DNA of 64,000 nucleotides from Malacoraja senta. Its lineage: Eukaryota. Below are positions 1 to 13,400 of this stretch, one piece after another. Below the pieces are notes generated by a model. That model did not search any database. It saw nothing but the letters and a program-made list of their open reading frames with translations, and was not told the origin of the DNA. The translations under genes were made by a program, and so were the position numbers. The stretch covers positions 6,946,001 to 7,010,000 of the forward strand of contig CM075996.1 of assembly GCA_038087875.1 (NCBI GenBank). The letters run 5' to 3'. How positions within the stretch are numbered: position 1 is the first letter of the stretch; the number at the start of each line of letters is the position of its first letter.

Positions 1-1280
1 TGCAGATGTTGGTTAAAACAAAATGTTGGAGTAACTCAGCGGGTCAGGCAGCATCTCTGGAGAAAAACATCTCTTCAGACTGAAGTAGGGTCCCGACTGA
101 AATGTCACCTATCCATGTTCTCCAGAGATGTTGCCTGACCAGCTGAGTGACTTCACCAATCTGCGACTATCATGTTGAACATGAACTCAGTGCGATCTGT
201 AGCATTAGATCAAGCTTCAATTATTATCTAAGTAGGAAGGACCTGCAGATGCTGCTTTAAACTGAAGATAGAAACTGCAGCAGCAACTCAGCAGGACAGG
301 CAGCATCACTGGAGAGAATTAATGGGTGAAGTTTCAGGTCGAGACCCTTCTTCAGTTCTTTAATTATTATCTCACCCAAAACACAAACACTAACGGCCTG
401 TTGCTCCCTGTCAAAGCTCATGAATAATGTCGGGGCAGAATGGTTTGCAGTCGGACTCCGAATACAGATCCGGTTTCTGACTCCATTTGTCTGGGGTCAG
501 CCCTCTCATCCCCGGAGGTGGCCTCGTGACCCTCTTCTGGACCGCCTCCAACACTGGCACATCTCTCCTTAAATGAAGGGAGGCCACTAAACCTATGCCC
601 AGCACTCCGGGTACAGACCGACCGACCGACCAACACCCTGTACTGTTGCAACAATATCTCCATATTCCACGTCTCCAGTCCTTGCTGTACCTGCCTGCTG
701 ATTGTATTGTAATTGATGCACGAGAACAAATAGATCCCTCTCTACTCCACCATTTGATGTTTGTTTACATCTGGATAATAATCTGTCTAAAAGTACACGT
801 CCCCGCACTTTCCCCACATTGTGAAGCTAATGTTATGTTCATCGCTCAGTTGTTGATTGTCCTGGGCTCACAATGGTTGGAAACTTCTGCACCGATTTTG
901 GGCTGAGCTCGTGGCACTGATCTCCTGCAGGGAGAGGGTTCCCCTCTGGGCTTACTGAGGGGGGATTCCTGATATCCTGGCAATATCTACCCTTTATTGA
1001 TCATCTGGGTGTCACAGTGGTGCAGCTGGTAGAACTACTGCCTCACAGCACCAGAGACCCGGGTTCAATCCGGACTTCGGTTGCTGTCAGTGTGGAATTT
1101 GTACGTTCACAAGTTATAGGAGTAGAATTAGGCCATTCGGCCCATCGAGTCCACTCCGCCATTCAATCATGGCTGATCTCTGCCTCCTAATCCCATTTTC
1201 CTGTCTCCTCCCCATAGCCCTAGACACCCGTTCTAATCAAGAATTTGTCTATCTCTGCCTTAAAAATATCCACTGACAAA
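1..1280 (+). repeat. Locus-specific duplicated module, copy 1 (old CR1 fragment plus flanks)
   Basis: Also at ~27818-29110 (+), ~57966-59062 (+), ~46525-46897 (-) and ~60630-61285 (-). The minus frame gives decayed CR1 RT (LEAVQKRVTR..PGMRGL). Confidence 0.85.
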
Positions 1281-2275
1281 TATCCAAATCATTAACATAC
1301 AACGTGAAGTGGCGCAGCTGGTAGAGCTACTTCCACAGAGTGCCAGAGACCCGGGTTCGATCCTGACCACGGGTGCTGTCTGTACGGAGTTTGTACGTTC
1401 CCCCGTGACAGCATGGGTTTTCTGAGGGTGCTCCGGTTTCCTCCCACACTCCAAAGAGGTGCAGGTTTGCAGGTTAATTGACTTTGGTAAAGATTCTAAA
1501 TTACCCCTAGTCTGCAGGATAGTGAGAGTGTACTAGGATCGCTGGTAGGCGCGGACTGGGTAGGCCGAAGGGCCTGTTTCTGCCCTGTTTCTCTAAACTA
1601 AAATAAGCTGGAGAAATGGCTACTTCAGAAAGTGTCACAGGATTTTTAAACATCCAGCTGGGCAGGTGGTTGAGATGTCAACCAGGTAAACAAAGCTTCC
1701 TTGAACAGCCAGACAATATGTGTAGGAAGGACTCAGCGGGACAGGCAGCATCTCTGGGGAGAAGGAATGGGTGATGTCTCGCTTTGAAGAAGTTCTCTTT
1801 CCGACGAAAGTTCAGCAACATCTTCTCTCACTGTTCCCGCTCTGTGATTCCTCCTTCCCTCCAAAGAGGAAGAAGGGTTTTGACCCGAAACATCACCCAT
1901 TCCTTCTCTACAGAGATGCTGCCTGTCCCATTGAGTTACTCCAGCATTTCGTACCCACCTTCTATTTAAACCGGCATCTTCAGTTTTTTCCTACATATGT
2001 GTCGGAAGGAACTGCAGATGCTGGTTTAAGCCGAAGGTAGACACAAATAGCCAGAGTAATTCCGCAAATCAGGCAGCGTCTCTGAAGAGAAGGAATAGGT
2101 AACGTTTCGGGTCTGAAGAAGGGTCTCGACCCAAAACGGCACCTATTCCTTTTCTCCAGAGATGCTATCAGAGGACAGACAATACAATCGAGCCATTTAC
2201 AGTGTATAGATACATGATAGGGGAATAACGTTTAGTGCGAGTATACTCAGATCAAAGATAGGCCGAGGTAGATAG

Positions 2276-5200
2276 TGTACAAGGACGTATAAATACTGAG
2301 TCGTTTAGCTTCGTGTATAAGTTCTTTATTAGCAGGACACATGGAATAAATACACATAACTGTTGTAGATTCAAGCTCCTAGATGAATCTTAAGAACAGC
2401 CGAACCAGCACATTAGATGACGTAGTAGAAACCCGAACTGGATTACGGATCGGGTGTACAACAGTAAAACCAGACATGGATCAAATCAGCTAATAGTGAT
2501 TGATCTACATCCTCCTTCTTAAGCATAAGCCCGCAAACTAAATAAAAGTATATAAAACTAAAGCTTACAAACATCACAATATAAAGATGTAAACACTAAC
2601 TAAAACTACAGCTAAGCAGTGGAGGATACAAAATGAGCAAGATGAATGAAAGGAAACAATGAAGACCTTAATCAATTAAAGTCTGTGATAAGTGTCTAAA
2701 CACAGTCTTTATATTTGGGGTTGGTCTTACAAACCCGTTCCGCATGCGTACGGTAAGGGCCCTCTGCCGTACTCTTTGCAGGTGACAGCACTGCAGGTGG
2801 TGGTTCAATCAGCACTGGTTTCACAAAGTCTTTTCCACAGGTGACTTTATAGGTGATTTCACCAGCGGCTCCTTCGCTGGTGTAAAGACCAACTTGGTGT
2901 TTTCCAACATCTGCCCCCCATTCAAACCAACGGTCCCTCCAACAGTCCATAACACGCCATCTGGGACATCCGTGTAACCATACAAATACTGTTGAGATGG
3001 CACCGGCTTGTTCACCGGTAGAATATGTTTTCTATTCGTCTGTAGATTCCTCCTTCTGATTGGACTAAATAGGATCGCGGCTCAATAGGACCTCGACTTC
3101 TTTTACTACGTCCATGCGATCATACCCCTTCTGGGACTGATGGCGGACCGTCTGACCCTCCGACTGGCTGGAGTGGACCACTTCAGTCAAGTCGTAATAC
3201 GTCTTCTGAATCCGGCGTTTGTGTTGCAGCTGAGCCTGAACTGCTTGTGGCTCGTAAACGTGAGGCTGAAGTAGATGCCTTGCAACGGGAAGAGTGGTGC
3301 GAGTCTGTCTGGACATTAGACGTTGTGCTGGCGAGCCCAGCACCAGGTTGCTGGAAACGTTGCGAGGATTAAGGAGGTCCAGAAATACATCGGACCCAGC
3401 TCTTTTGGATCTCTCCATGACCTGCTTCGCACAACGGACAGCCCTTTCGGCCAATCCGTTCGACTGCGGATACTCCGGGCTGCTGGTGATGTGTTTAAAA
3501 TCCCAACGCTTAGCAAAGTCTTTGAAACATTGATTAGCAAATTGTCCAGCATTATCCGACATGAGGGTGAGTGGTGCCCCTTGGACCGAGAGATGTCTCG
3601 CTAGTTTCTGAATTGCCGCCGCCGACGAAATTGTGCGGAGCAAATCGATTTCGAACCACCAACCACTGGTGGAATAGGAATCCACCAGTAGCCACTGTGG
3701 TAAATCAGGAACTGGGTGTAACAAAAGCGGTTCCTTTTGTTGATGCGGTATCAAGCTGTTACATACCGCGCATGATTGCATCCTCTGGCGTACGTGGACC
3801 GACATAGCACGCCAGAAAAACATACATTTCGCTCGCTGAACCATTGCCTCCGCGCCGGGGTGTCCTCCATGTATAGTGTCGAAGTACGTCTGCTGTAGCG
3901 AAGCCGGGATCACCACTTTGTGGCCTTTCATAATGACCCTGTTCTTGATTACCAGTTCATCTCTGATGGGAAAATATGGCTGCACTGAGAGCGGTAGCAT
4001 ATGCTGCTTGTCTGGCCACCCGTGTTGAATGATGGACGCAAGTGTCTGTAAAGTGTCGTCCTCAGCCGTGCATGCCACTAACATGTCCAAACATCATCAC
4101 ATCAGAAGTATCCTTGTGAGTAAGTTGTCGCAGTGGAGCTGGGAGTTAGCTAAATTTCGGAATGAACTTGCCAAGATAGTTTACCATGCCCAGATACCTC
4201 TGCAGGCTGGTAACATCAGTCAGCACTGCCATCTCGCTGATGGCTGCCGTCTTCGCAGGATCAGCTTTGAAGCCGTCGCTGGTGAAAGCATGTCCCACAT
4301 AGTTCACCTTGTTGACACAAAACTTGCACTTGTGGGGGTTGAGTTTCAAATTACCTTCCTTGCAGGATCGAGCACCTTTCTCAAATTGACATTGTGCTCC
4401 TGCATGTCCTTACCCGCCACAATAATGTCATTAACGATAATCGCACAGGGGTATCCGCCAAAGATCTGCTCCATAGAGCGTTGAAACACTTCGCTGGCCG
4501 AATTATTACCAAACGGCATCCGCAGAAATCTATAGCGTCCGAAAGATGTGCTGAAAGTAGTGAGCAGAGATGATTTATCGTCCAGGGGGATTTGCCAGAA
4601 CAAACTCTTGGCATCTAGAACCGAGAACACTGTTGCCTTGCCCATGTGTGCGGCCACCTCCTCCACGGTACGCATGGGGTGATGAGGTCTCGAGTGCAGT
4701 GTTTAAGTCCCTCGGGTTAATACATACACGTATCTCCTGCTTGTTCTTCTTGGTGGCAGGTACCATCGAGGACACCCAGTCAGTGGGCTCCGTAACAGGA
4801 GTAATGACCCCCAGAGCTTCCATCCTGTCGAGCTCTGCCTTAACTTGGTCTCACATGGCAACCGGGATGCTATGAGCAGGGGTGACCACGCGTCTCACAT
4901 CCAGGTCTATAATCATCGAGTATGTGACAGGCAGCTTGCCAAGTTCGTCGCTAAAAAGATCATTGTAATCCGCAAGGATACGCTGTGTAGAATCGGGGAC
5001 CGGCGCAAGCTGATGCACGGCCTTGCCTAATTAAACCAGTCCCATGATAATACATGCATCTATACCAAGGAGAGGCACAACTGTGCCTTTAACTATGAGA
5101 AATTGTACTTTATACGACCTTGCCGCTAGGTGGCACTGCAGCTCCACCACTCCAACAGGACGCATTTCGCTACCTGCATACGTTGTGTTACGTGTTTTTA

Positions 5201-5330
5201 ATTTCTCTGCATTCCGAAGTCTCGAACATTCAACTTGAGACATCACATTGCACCTCGCACGTGTGTCTATCTTTGCAACAACAGCCACATTGTTTATCTT
5301 TAACGTGACCATGGGATCTCTGTGTTTATT
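2276..5330 (-). mobile_element. Ty3/Gypsy LTR retrotransposon, 3' part (protease-RT-IN remnants, PPT, 3' LTR 2276-2509)
   Basis: KIDTRARCNV, RFLRMPFG, IVNDII, YPQSNGLAERAV; PPT aagaaggagga precedes the TG...CA LTR. Confidence 0.88.
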
Positions 5331-5733
5331 CCGAGATCTCCGGTTTCCTCCCACACTCCAAAGACATTCAGGGTTGTAGGTTAATTAGCTTAGTAAAAAT
5401 GTAAATTGTCCCTCGTGTGTGTAGGATAGTGTTAGTGTGTGGGGATCATTGGTCGGAGCGGACTCGGTAGCCGAAGGGCCTGTTTCTGCCCTGTATCTCT
5501 AAACTCTAAATACTAGAGTTTAAAAAAAGACAAAAAGTGCTGGAGTAACTCAGCAGGTTAGGCAGCATCCCTGGAGAACACGGATAGGTGACGTTTTGGA
5601 TCAGGAAACCTTCTTCGGACTCCAGTGCCGGCAAACACTCATCATCATAACCCAATCATCCCTGGGATCACTTATGGACAGAAAAAGCTGGAGTAACTCA
5701 GCGGGACAGGCAGCATCTCTGGAGAGAAGGAAT

Positions 5734-5767
5734 GGGTGACGTTTCGGGTCGAGACCCTTCTTCAGAC
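5734..5767 (-). ncRNA. Minimal hammerhead ribozyme motif in a Penelope pseudo-LTR fragment (representative of many copies)
   Basis: gu-CUGAAGA-agggucucgaccc-GAAAC-GUC-ac: intact CUGANGA/GAAA core, stem II, palindromic ACGU. Confidence 0.65.
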
Positions 5768-7934
5768 TCGACCTGAAACATCACCTATTCCTTCTCTCCA
5801 GAGATACTGTCTGTCCCGCTGAGTTACTCCAGCTTTTTGTGTCTATCTTCTGTTTCAACCAGCATCTGCAGTTCCTTTCTACACATCCCCGGGAACATTC
5901 TCGTAAACCTCCTCTGGACCTTCTCCAACGCACAGGAATGCAAGAGGCTTGCAGGACACTCTCCAACGCCATCCCTCAGATGTGGGACCCAGAACTGGAC
6001 ATTAACTAGATGCGGCAACTGAAGGAGTTCCAATTCGGATTGACAACTGAATGGAGGCAATTGAACCATCCTACCACAACCAGAGAGCAGTGCTGAACTA
6101 CTCTCTACTTCATTGGTGACCCTCGGACTATCCTTGATTGGACTTTGCTGGCTTTACCTTGCATTAAACATTATTCCCTTATCATGTATCTATGCACTGT
6201 AAATGGATCGATTGTAATCATGTATTGTCTTTCTGCTGACTGGTACACGTGACAATAAACTAAACTAATCTGAAATCAGTTGGTGCTGGGAGTGTGCGTT
6301 AAGACGATGGAGAGAGGGTTTGGCTACCTGTGCCCTGCTGACCCTGCACTGGGATTGTGTGATGAGCAGATCTAGATGACGCCTTACTCTGTCTTTAACA
6401 TTACTTTTAGTTTGGAGATACAACGCGGAAACAGGCCCTTCGGCCCACTGAGTCCGCGCCGACCAGCGATTCCCGCATATTAACACTATCTTACACGCAA
6501 TTTCTGTCCTAGATCTCGTCCATTGTCAGCGTGAGGCAAAGCGCAAATTGGAGGAACAGCATCCCATATTTCACTTGGGCAGCTTACAGCCCAGATGTAT
6601 GAATATTGATTTCTCTAACTTCAAGTAACCCCGGCATTCCCTCTCTCTATCCCTCCCCCACCCAAGTCACACCAGCTTCTCGTTTTCACCCAACAAACAG
6701 CTAACAATGGCCTGTTTCCTTTATGATCATTACTTTTTTGCATATCTTTCATTCATTATCTTTCTGCATCATCATCCATATCTCTCGTTTCCCTTATCAC
6801 TAAATAGTCTAAAGAAGGGTCTCGACCCGAAACGATACCCTTTCCTTCTCTCCAGAGATGCTGCCTGAGTTGCTGAGGTACTCCAGCTTTTTGTGTCTAT
6901 CTTCAGGTTTGTAGGTTAATTGGCTTCGGTAAAATTGTAAATTGTCCCAAGTGTTTGCAGTATAGTGTTAGTGTGTGTAGGATTGTGTTAGTGTGCAGGG
7001 ATCGCGGTTCGGCACGGACTCGGTGGCCTAAAGGCTTGTTTCCACGCTGTACCTCTAAACTAAACTAAACTCCGCAGGTCAGGCAGCATCTCTGGTGGAA
7101 ATGGATAGGTGACATTTCGGGTTGGGACCCTTCTTCAGAATGAAGTGTCCTGATCCGAAATGTCAGCCATCCATTTCCTCCAGAGACGCTGAGTTACTCC
7201 AGCATTTTGTGTCTATCTTGGGTATAAACCAACGTCCGTAGTTCTGTGTTAAGACATGTTTGTACAGGACCCGTATTCAGCTCAACAATCTCTTGCAGTA
7301 AAGGCTAACATCCCATTTTCCCCAGTAAACATTCAATGATTCAATGATAATTTATTGTCACATGTACCAAGGTACAGTGAAATTCTTTGTTTATGCATAC
7401 AATACACAAAGAGTCGCCATGTTTCTGGCCCGAGCAAAGTAACAGATACACTTAGAGTCATGTTGGTCTCTCTTTGTTTAGTTTTGAGATACAACGTAGA
7501 AACAGGCCCTTGGGCCCACCAGGACCGTGCCGACCAACGATCCACGCACACTAACACTATCCTACACACACTAAGGACATATTACCCATACACCAAGCCA
7601 ATTAACCTAAATAACTGCATTGGGGTGTAGGAGGAAACCGAAGATCTCGGAGAAAACCCACGTAAGTCACGGGAGAACGTGCGAACTCTGTACAGACAGC
7701 GCCTATAGTCGGGATCGAACCCAGGTCCCTGGCGCTGCAAGCACAGTAAGGCAGCAACTCTACAGCTGCACCACTGTGCTGCCGTTCCTTGTTCTCGGCG
7801 TCTCTTCCCACCCACCCCACTGTCTCTCTTTGTTCCCGGCAGTGCGGCCACCTCCCCTCCCCTCAGTTGGAATGAAAGTGACACACCAAGTTATTAAAGG
7901 AATCAGACAAGACGGATCACAAAGTGAATACATT

Positions 7935-7940
7935 TTTATT
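7935..7940 (-). terminator. Polyadenylation signal, galectin A (distal)
   Basis: AATAAA in a block homologous to the 3' ends of B and C. A proximal AATAAA also occurs near 8830. Confidence 0.6.
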
Positions 7941-9282
7941 TGCATTACAAGCGTAAAGCGAGTCATTCTTGAGTTTGCCATCTTGGTGTCATTTGATTTG
8001 GAAGATAAGCCCCAGCAATAGCATTGAATAAATGGTCAAACTGGAAGAAGAGGCAGCCTGGGTGCATCAGTGAGGTCCAGAATGACTAGGAATTAGGCAG
8101 ATTTGGTCTCTGCTCTCTGCAGAAACCTCGTGAGAGGGGGGACAAACTGATGTTCTGCATTCCATGTAGGAGCAACCCCTACCTCATTCCTTAAAAGGAG
8201 AGTTCTGGGTGGAAAAGGTTCCTTGTTCTCAGCATTGGGCAGCACAAGTACAATACAGTGAATCTCCCTCTACACTACCCCATCACACACTGGGAAGGTG
8301 CTACACCCATATCAGGGGCAAGATATTTTTGTTTTAGAGATACAGTGCGGAAACAGGCCCTTCGGCCCACTGGGTCCACGCCGACCATTGATCCTCCACA
8401 CTAACACTATCCTACACGCACTAGGGACATCGTTTTTTTTAAATTTACCCTTTACATCAAGCAATTAACCTACAAACCTGTACATCTTTGGAATGTGGGA
8501 GAAAGTGGAGATCTCAGAGAAAACCCACGTGGTCACAGGGAGAACGTACAACTTCGTACATGAGCTGCCCCAACCAGAGACGAGGAGAGAGAGAGAGAGC
8601 AAAGTTGTGTTGGTAGCCGCTGTTCCTTGTTGGACAACAGAAGGGAAAACTATAAAGAGGTTAAAGATTGTTCATTAATGTCCAGGAAACAAGTGAAGTA
8701 GAATAGAAAAATAGGTGAGAGCATCAAATATCTGAGGTCAATATTGTCAGTGTTGGAGGGGTAATCAGTTAGATTTGCAGTCCTGGCTCACTGGACTGAA
8801 AATCTCTTGTGTTGGCAATGGGGAGCAATTTTATTATTCCCCCAATTGGGGAAGATTGGTGGGTGGTAATTGGTCGGGCAATATAAGATCGTAAGACAAA
8901 GGAGCAGAATTAGGCCATTCAGCCCATTGAGACTGCGCCACCATACGATATCTCTCCCCCTCAACCCCACTCTCCTGCCTTCTCCCCGTAAACCCTTGAC
9001 GCCTGTACTAATCAAGAATCTGTCAATCTCCGCTTAAAAAATACCCAATGACTTGGCCTCCACCGTCGCTTGTGGCAATGAATGCCACAGATTCACTACA
9101 CCACAGCCTAAAGAAATCTCCATCCTAATAGTATGTTCTTTCCCCCGCCCTTCCTCCCCCCTTCCTCCTCACCCTCCCCCCGAGGCTGTCCCCTCTAGTT
9201 CTAAACTCTCCCACAAGTGGAAACATCCTTTCCACATCCACTCTATCTAGCCCATTCACTATTCGGTAAGTTGCAGTGAGAT

Positions 9283-9319
<37 letters not shown>

Positions 9320-10342
9320 ATCCTTCTATTCCCAGCGAGTACAGGCCCAGAGCCGTCAAACGGTCCTCATTCGTTAACCCAATCATCCTCGGGATCATTT
9401 CTCTTAAACCACCTCTGGACCCTCTCCAACACCTGGTGGGTTAAATTGCGGGTCAAATGTTTGGAACAGGCACTCCCGGTGAGACTAGCCCAGAATGTGG
9501 AATAACAAAGGCAGTGAAAGCCACAGGCCCAGAGAAGAATAGTTTGGGGTGTAAGGCCAGAGTTGAGAGAATAGTAAAGCCAGGAAATGCACCAATGCCT
9601 CTCACTCACTGGAGCGACGCACTGCCTCTAGATGTGCAGGAAGGAACTGGGGATCTACAGAGGCAGACACAAAACACTGGAGTAACTCAGCGGGACAGGC
9701 AGCATCTCTGGAGAGAAGGAATGGGTGACGTTTCAGGTCAAGACCTTCAGTTCTTCATCAAACTTCCTCATGGTTGAAGTTAAATTAAAGTTCTGATCAG
9801 GAAAAAGAAGGTGGTATCGGTCAGGTATAGGAAGGAACTGCAGATTTACACCAAAGTTAGACTCAAAATACTGGAGTAATTCAGAGGGACAGGAAGCATC
9901 TCTGGAGAGAAGGAATGGATGACATTACGGGTGCAAATTGAGGAACAGCACCTCAATTCAACACCATTCCTTCTCTCCAGAGATCTTGCCTGTCCCTCTG
10001 AATTACTCCAGTATTTTGTGTCTAACTTTGGTGTAAACCAGCATCTGCAGTTCTTTCCTAAACCTGAGCGATACCACCTTATTCTGTCTGCCTCTGTGGA
10101 TGCTCAGTCTGACCTCTTCCCGTGTAGCAACAGGGTGGTAAAGGTGGAAACCGCTCCACACCCAGCCCATGGACAAGCAAAGAGTTCCAATAGTTGACAC
10201 AAAATATTAAGCGAAAAAGCCCCTTCATTACATAGCCCCATGTTTACTTTCTTCTGCTTCCCCAAACCAAATGCAGGAAATGTTAATCCGTTCCTCTCCC
10301 ACGTTTAAAGACCTAACGTCGTACACATTCCCCAGAGGATCT

Positions 10343-10492
10343 TCAGTTATTCAATTTGATGACCTGCACGTCGACATTTCCGTTTACATTTAGGTAGTTT
10401 AACACGTTTTTCCCAGACCGGTTGGGAAATGTCACATGATGAGTATCCTGGGAGACGATATGAAATTCCACTCCGTCGAAATGGATGAGAAT
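10343..10492 (-). CDS. Galectin A exon 4 coding part (49 aa + TGA)
   Basis: ttttttctttgatag|ATTCTC..., with a ctaat branch point upstream. Encodes FPNRSG...LNYLNVNGNV. Confidence 0.92.
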   Translation of the reverse strand: MLIHFDGVEFHIVSQDTHHVTFPNRSGKNVLNYLNVNGNVDVQVIKLNN

Positions 10493-13400
10493 CTATCAAA
10501 GAAAAAATGGGAAACTAATTAGGGGCGGCACGGCGGCGCAGCGGTCAAGTCAAGTCAAGTGAGTTTATTGTCATGTGTCCCTGGTAGGACAATGAAATTC
10601 TTGCTTTGCTTGAGCACAACAGAACATAGTAGGGATTTACTACAAGGCATTCTATAAATATATACACAATGGTCAATATACTGATAAAGTGCAAATAACA
10701 ATATTGGCTAGTAAAGTTCAGTGTTATGTCCGAGCCAGGTTTAATAGCCTGATGGCTGTGGGGAGGTAGCTGTTCCTGAACCTGGTCGTTGCAGTCTTCA
10801 GGCTCCTGTACCTTCTACCTGAAGGTAGTAGGGAGATGAGTGTGTGGCCAGGATGGTGTGGGTCCTTGATGATGCTGCCAGCCTTTTTGAGGCAGCGACT
10901 GTGGTAGATCCCCTCGATGGAAGGGAGGTCAGAGCCGATGATGGACTGGGCAGTGTTTACTACTTTTTGTAGTCTTTTCCTCTCCAGGGCGCTCAAGTTC
11001 CCGAACCAAGCCACGATGCAACCGGTCAGCATGCTCTCTACTGTGCACCTGTAGAAGTTAGAGAGAGTCCTCCTTGACTAACCGACTCTCCGTAATCTTC
11101 TCAGGAAGTAGAGGCGCTGATGTGCTTTCTTAATAATGGCATCATTGTTCTCGGACCAGGAAAGATCTTCAGAGATGTGCACGCCCAGGAATTTGAAACT
11201 CTTCACCCTTTCAACCATCGACCCGTTGATATAAACGGGACTGTGGGTCCCCATCCTACTCCTTCCAAAGTCCACAATCAGTTCCTTGGTTTTGCTGGTG
11301 TTGAGGGCCAGGTTATTGTGCTGGCACCATATGGACAGTTGCTCGATCTCTCTTCTATACTCTGACTCATCCCCATCAGTGATACGTCCCACAACAGTGG
11401 TGTCATCAGCGAACTTGGTGGAGTTGCTGCCTCACAGCGCCAGAGACCCGGGTTCGATCCTGACTACGGGGGCTGTCTGTACGGAGTTTTACGTTCTCCC
11501 CGTGACCTGCGTGGGTTTTTCCGGGTTCTTCGGTTCCTTCCCGCACTCCAGAGACACAGGTTTGTAGGCTAATTGGCTTGGTATAATTGTAAATTGTGTC
11601 TAGTGTGTGCAGGATAGTGTTAGTGTGCGGGGTTCGCTGGTCAGCGGGAACTCGGTGGGCCGAAGGGCCTGTTTCTCTAAACTAAACTGGAAGCGGGAAC
11701 TGAAGGAATGAATGAATGATGCTTTATTGTCACATGTCACAGTGATATTCTTTGTTTTGCGTAGCCAAGGGAATGCAAAGTGTCGCCACATAAAGGGCAC
11801 CGACAAAGTTACAAACTTCCATTCTACACAAACCAATTTAAACACATTCCATTTGTGGTCCCTCTTAGTTCTTGGTGGTCCCCACCATGCCGGGTCCCCT
11901 TTGTTCTCTCACCAGGACCACAACATCTGAGCAACACAGACGTGGATTAGGAGGCAGAATATGAAATGTAGGAACAAACTGAGTTTCTATAGACCCTGAC
12001 CATATCCTGTTCTTGATACCAAGATCCTCATTTGGTCCCTTCTTGCTTTATCCACAAACTACGGGTGCTGTCCGTGTGGAGTTTGCACTCTCCCCTGTGA
12101 CCATGTGTGTTTCCTCCGGGTGCTCTGGTTTCCCCGCACATCCCAAAGATGTGCAGGTTTGTAGGTTACATGGCTTCTGTAAATTGTCCCTAGTGTGCAG
12201 GATAGGAATAGTGTACTGGGTGCTCGCTGGTTGGCGTTGGAGTCAATGGGCCTGTAGCTCTAATGGCGGCAGTGGTGCAGCGGTAGAGTTGCCGCCTCGC
12301 AGCGCCAGAGACCCGGGTTCGATCCTGACTACGGGTGCTGTCTGTACGGAGTGTGTACTTTTCCCCCGTGATCTTCATGGGGTTTTTTCCGGGTGCTCCG
12401 GTTTCCTCCCACACTACAAAGAAATACAGGTTTGTAGGCTAATTGGCTTCTGTAAAATTGCCCCAACTGTGGAGGGAGTGGGTGGCAAACCGGGATGACA
12501 TAAAACTCATGTGAACGGGTGATCGATGGTTGGCGTAGAGTCAATGGGCCTGTTTCTGTGCTGTAGCTTAGTCAAATTGTAAACTGTCCCTAGTGTGTGT
12601 GCAGGATAGTGTTAGTGTGCGGGGATCGCTGGTTGGTGCAGACCCGGTGGGCCAAAGGGCCTGTTTTGACACTGTATCCCTAAACTAAACTGAAACTAAA
12701 ACCCATTCACATCAAAACCCACTCTTACCATGAAATTACCAGACTTCTTAAAGGGAAAGTCCATAGTCCTGATCTCCTCCTGCCATTTGCCCTGATGTCG
12801 GCTGTTGAGGGTTATAGTAAGTGGGTCGTCATCAAACCGAGGGTTAAAATGCAGAGCGAGGTTATCAGGATCCTGTCCAATATTAATTTCGAATCTGCAA
12901 CTAAAGTAGATCAGACTTCATTAACCGCCTCCTCCACACAACACAAGAACTTGGTCTCAACCATTATCCGAAAAGCTCCAAGAACAGCGTCGCGGTGGCG
13001 CAGCGTCACAGGCCCGGGTTTGATCCCGACTACGGGTGCTGTCTGTATGGAGTTCGTACGTTCTCACCGTGACCTGCGTGGGTTTTCTCCGGGAGCCCCG
13101 GTTTCCTCCCACACTCCAAAGACGTACAGGTTTGTAGGTTAATTGGCTTGGGTAAAATTGTAAATTGTCCCTCGTGTGTGTAGAATAGTATTGTTGTGCG
13201 GGGATCGCTGGTCTCCGAGACCTTCGGTTTCCTCCCACAATCTAAAGGTGTACAGGTTGGCCGGTTAATTATTTGTTAATTCCCTTCTGGTTTGCATATC
13301 GGGCCAATAGATCTGTGGATGATGCAGTCAACCTGGGCCTGCACTTCATCTTACCGTTATAGACCGCCAGGGGACCTATGCGAGGATCCTGTTTGTTGAT

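Noticed and set aside
411..906. Recurrent 60-130 aa ORFs (MFSCINYNTISRQ..., MPSTPGTDRPTD...) in five copies, suggesting a novel gene family
   Set aside because: They derive from a decayed CR1 RT fragment in a duplicated module. Frames and stops differ between copies and there is no splice or promoter support.
9284..9319. 36-nt poly-C run in the galectin A 3'UTR
   Set aside because: Expansion of a C run within a CR1 remnant; homopolymer length is unreliable and nothing indicates function.
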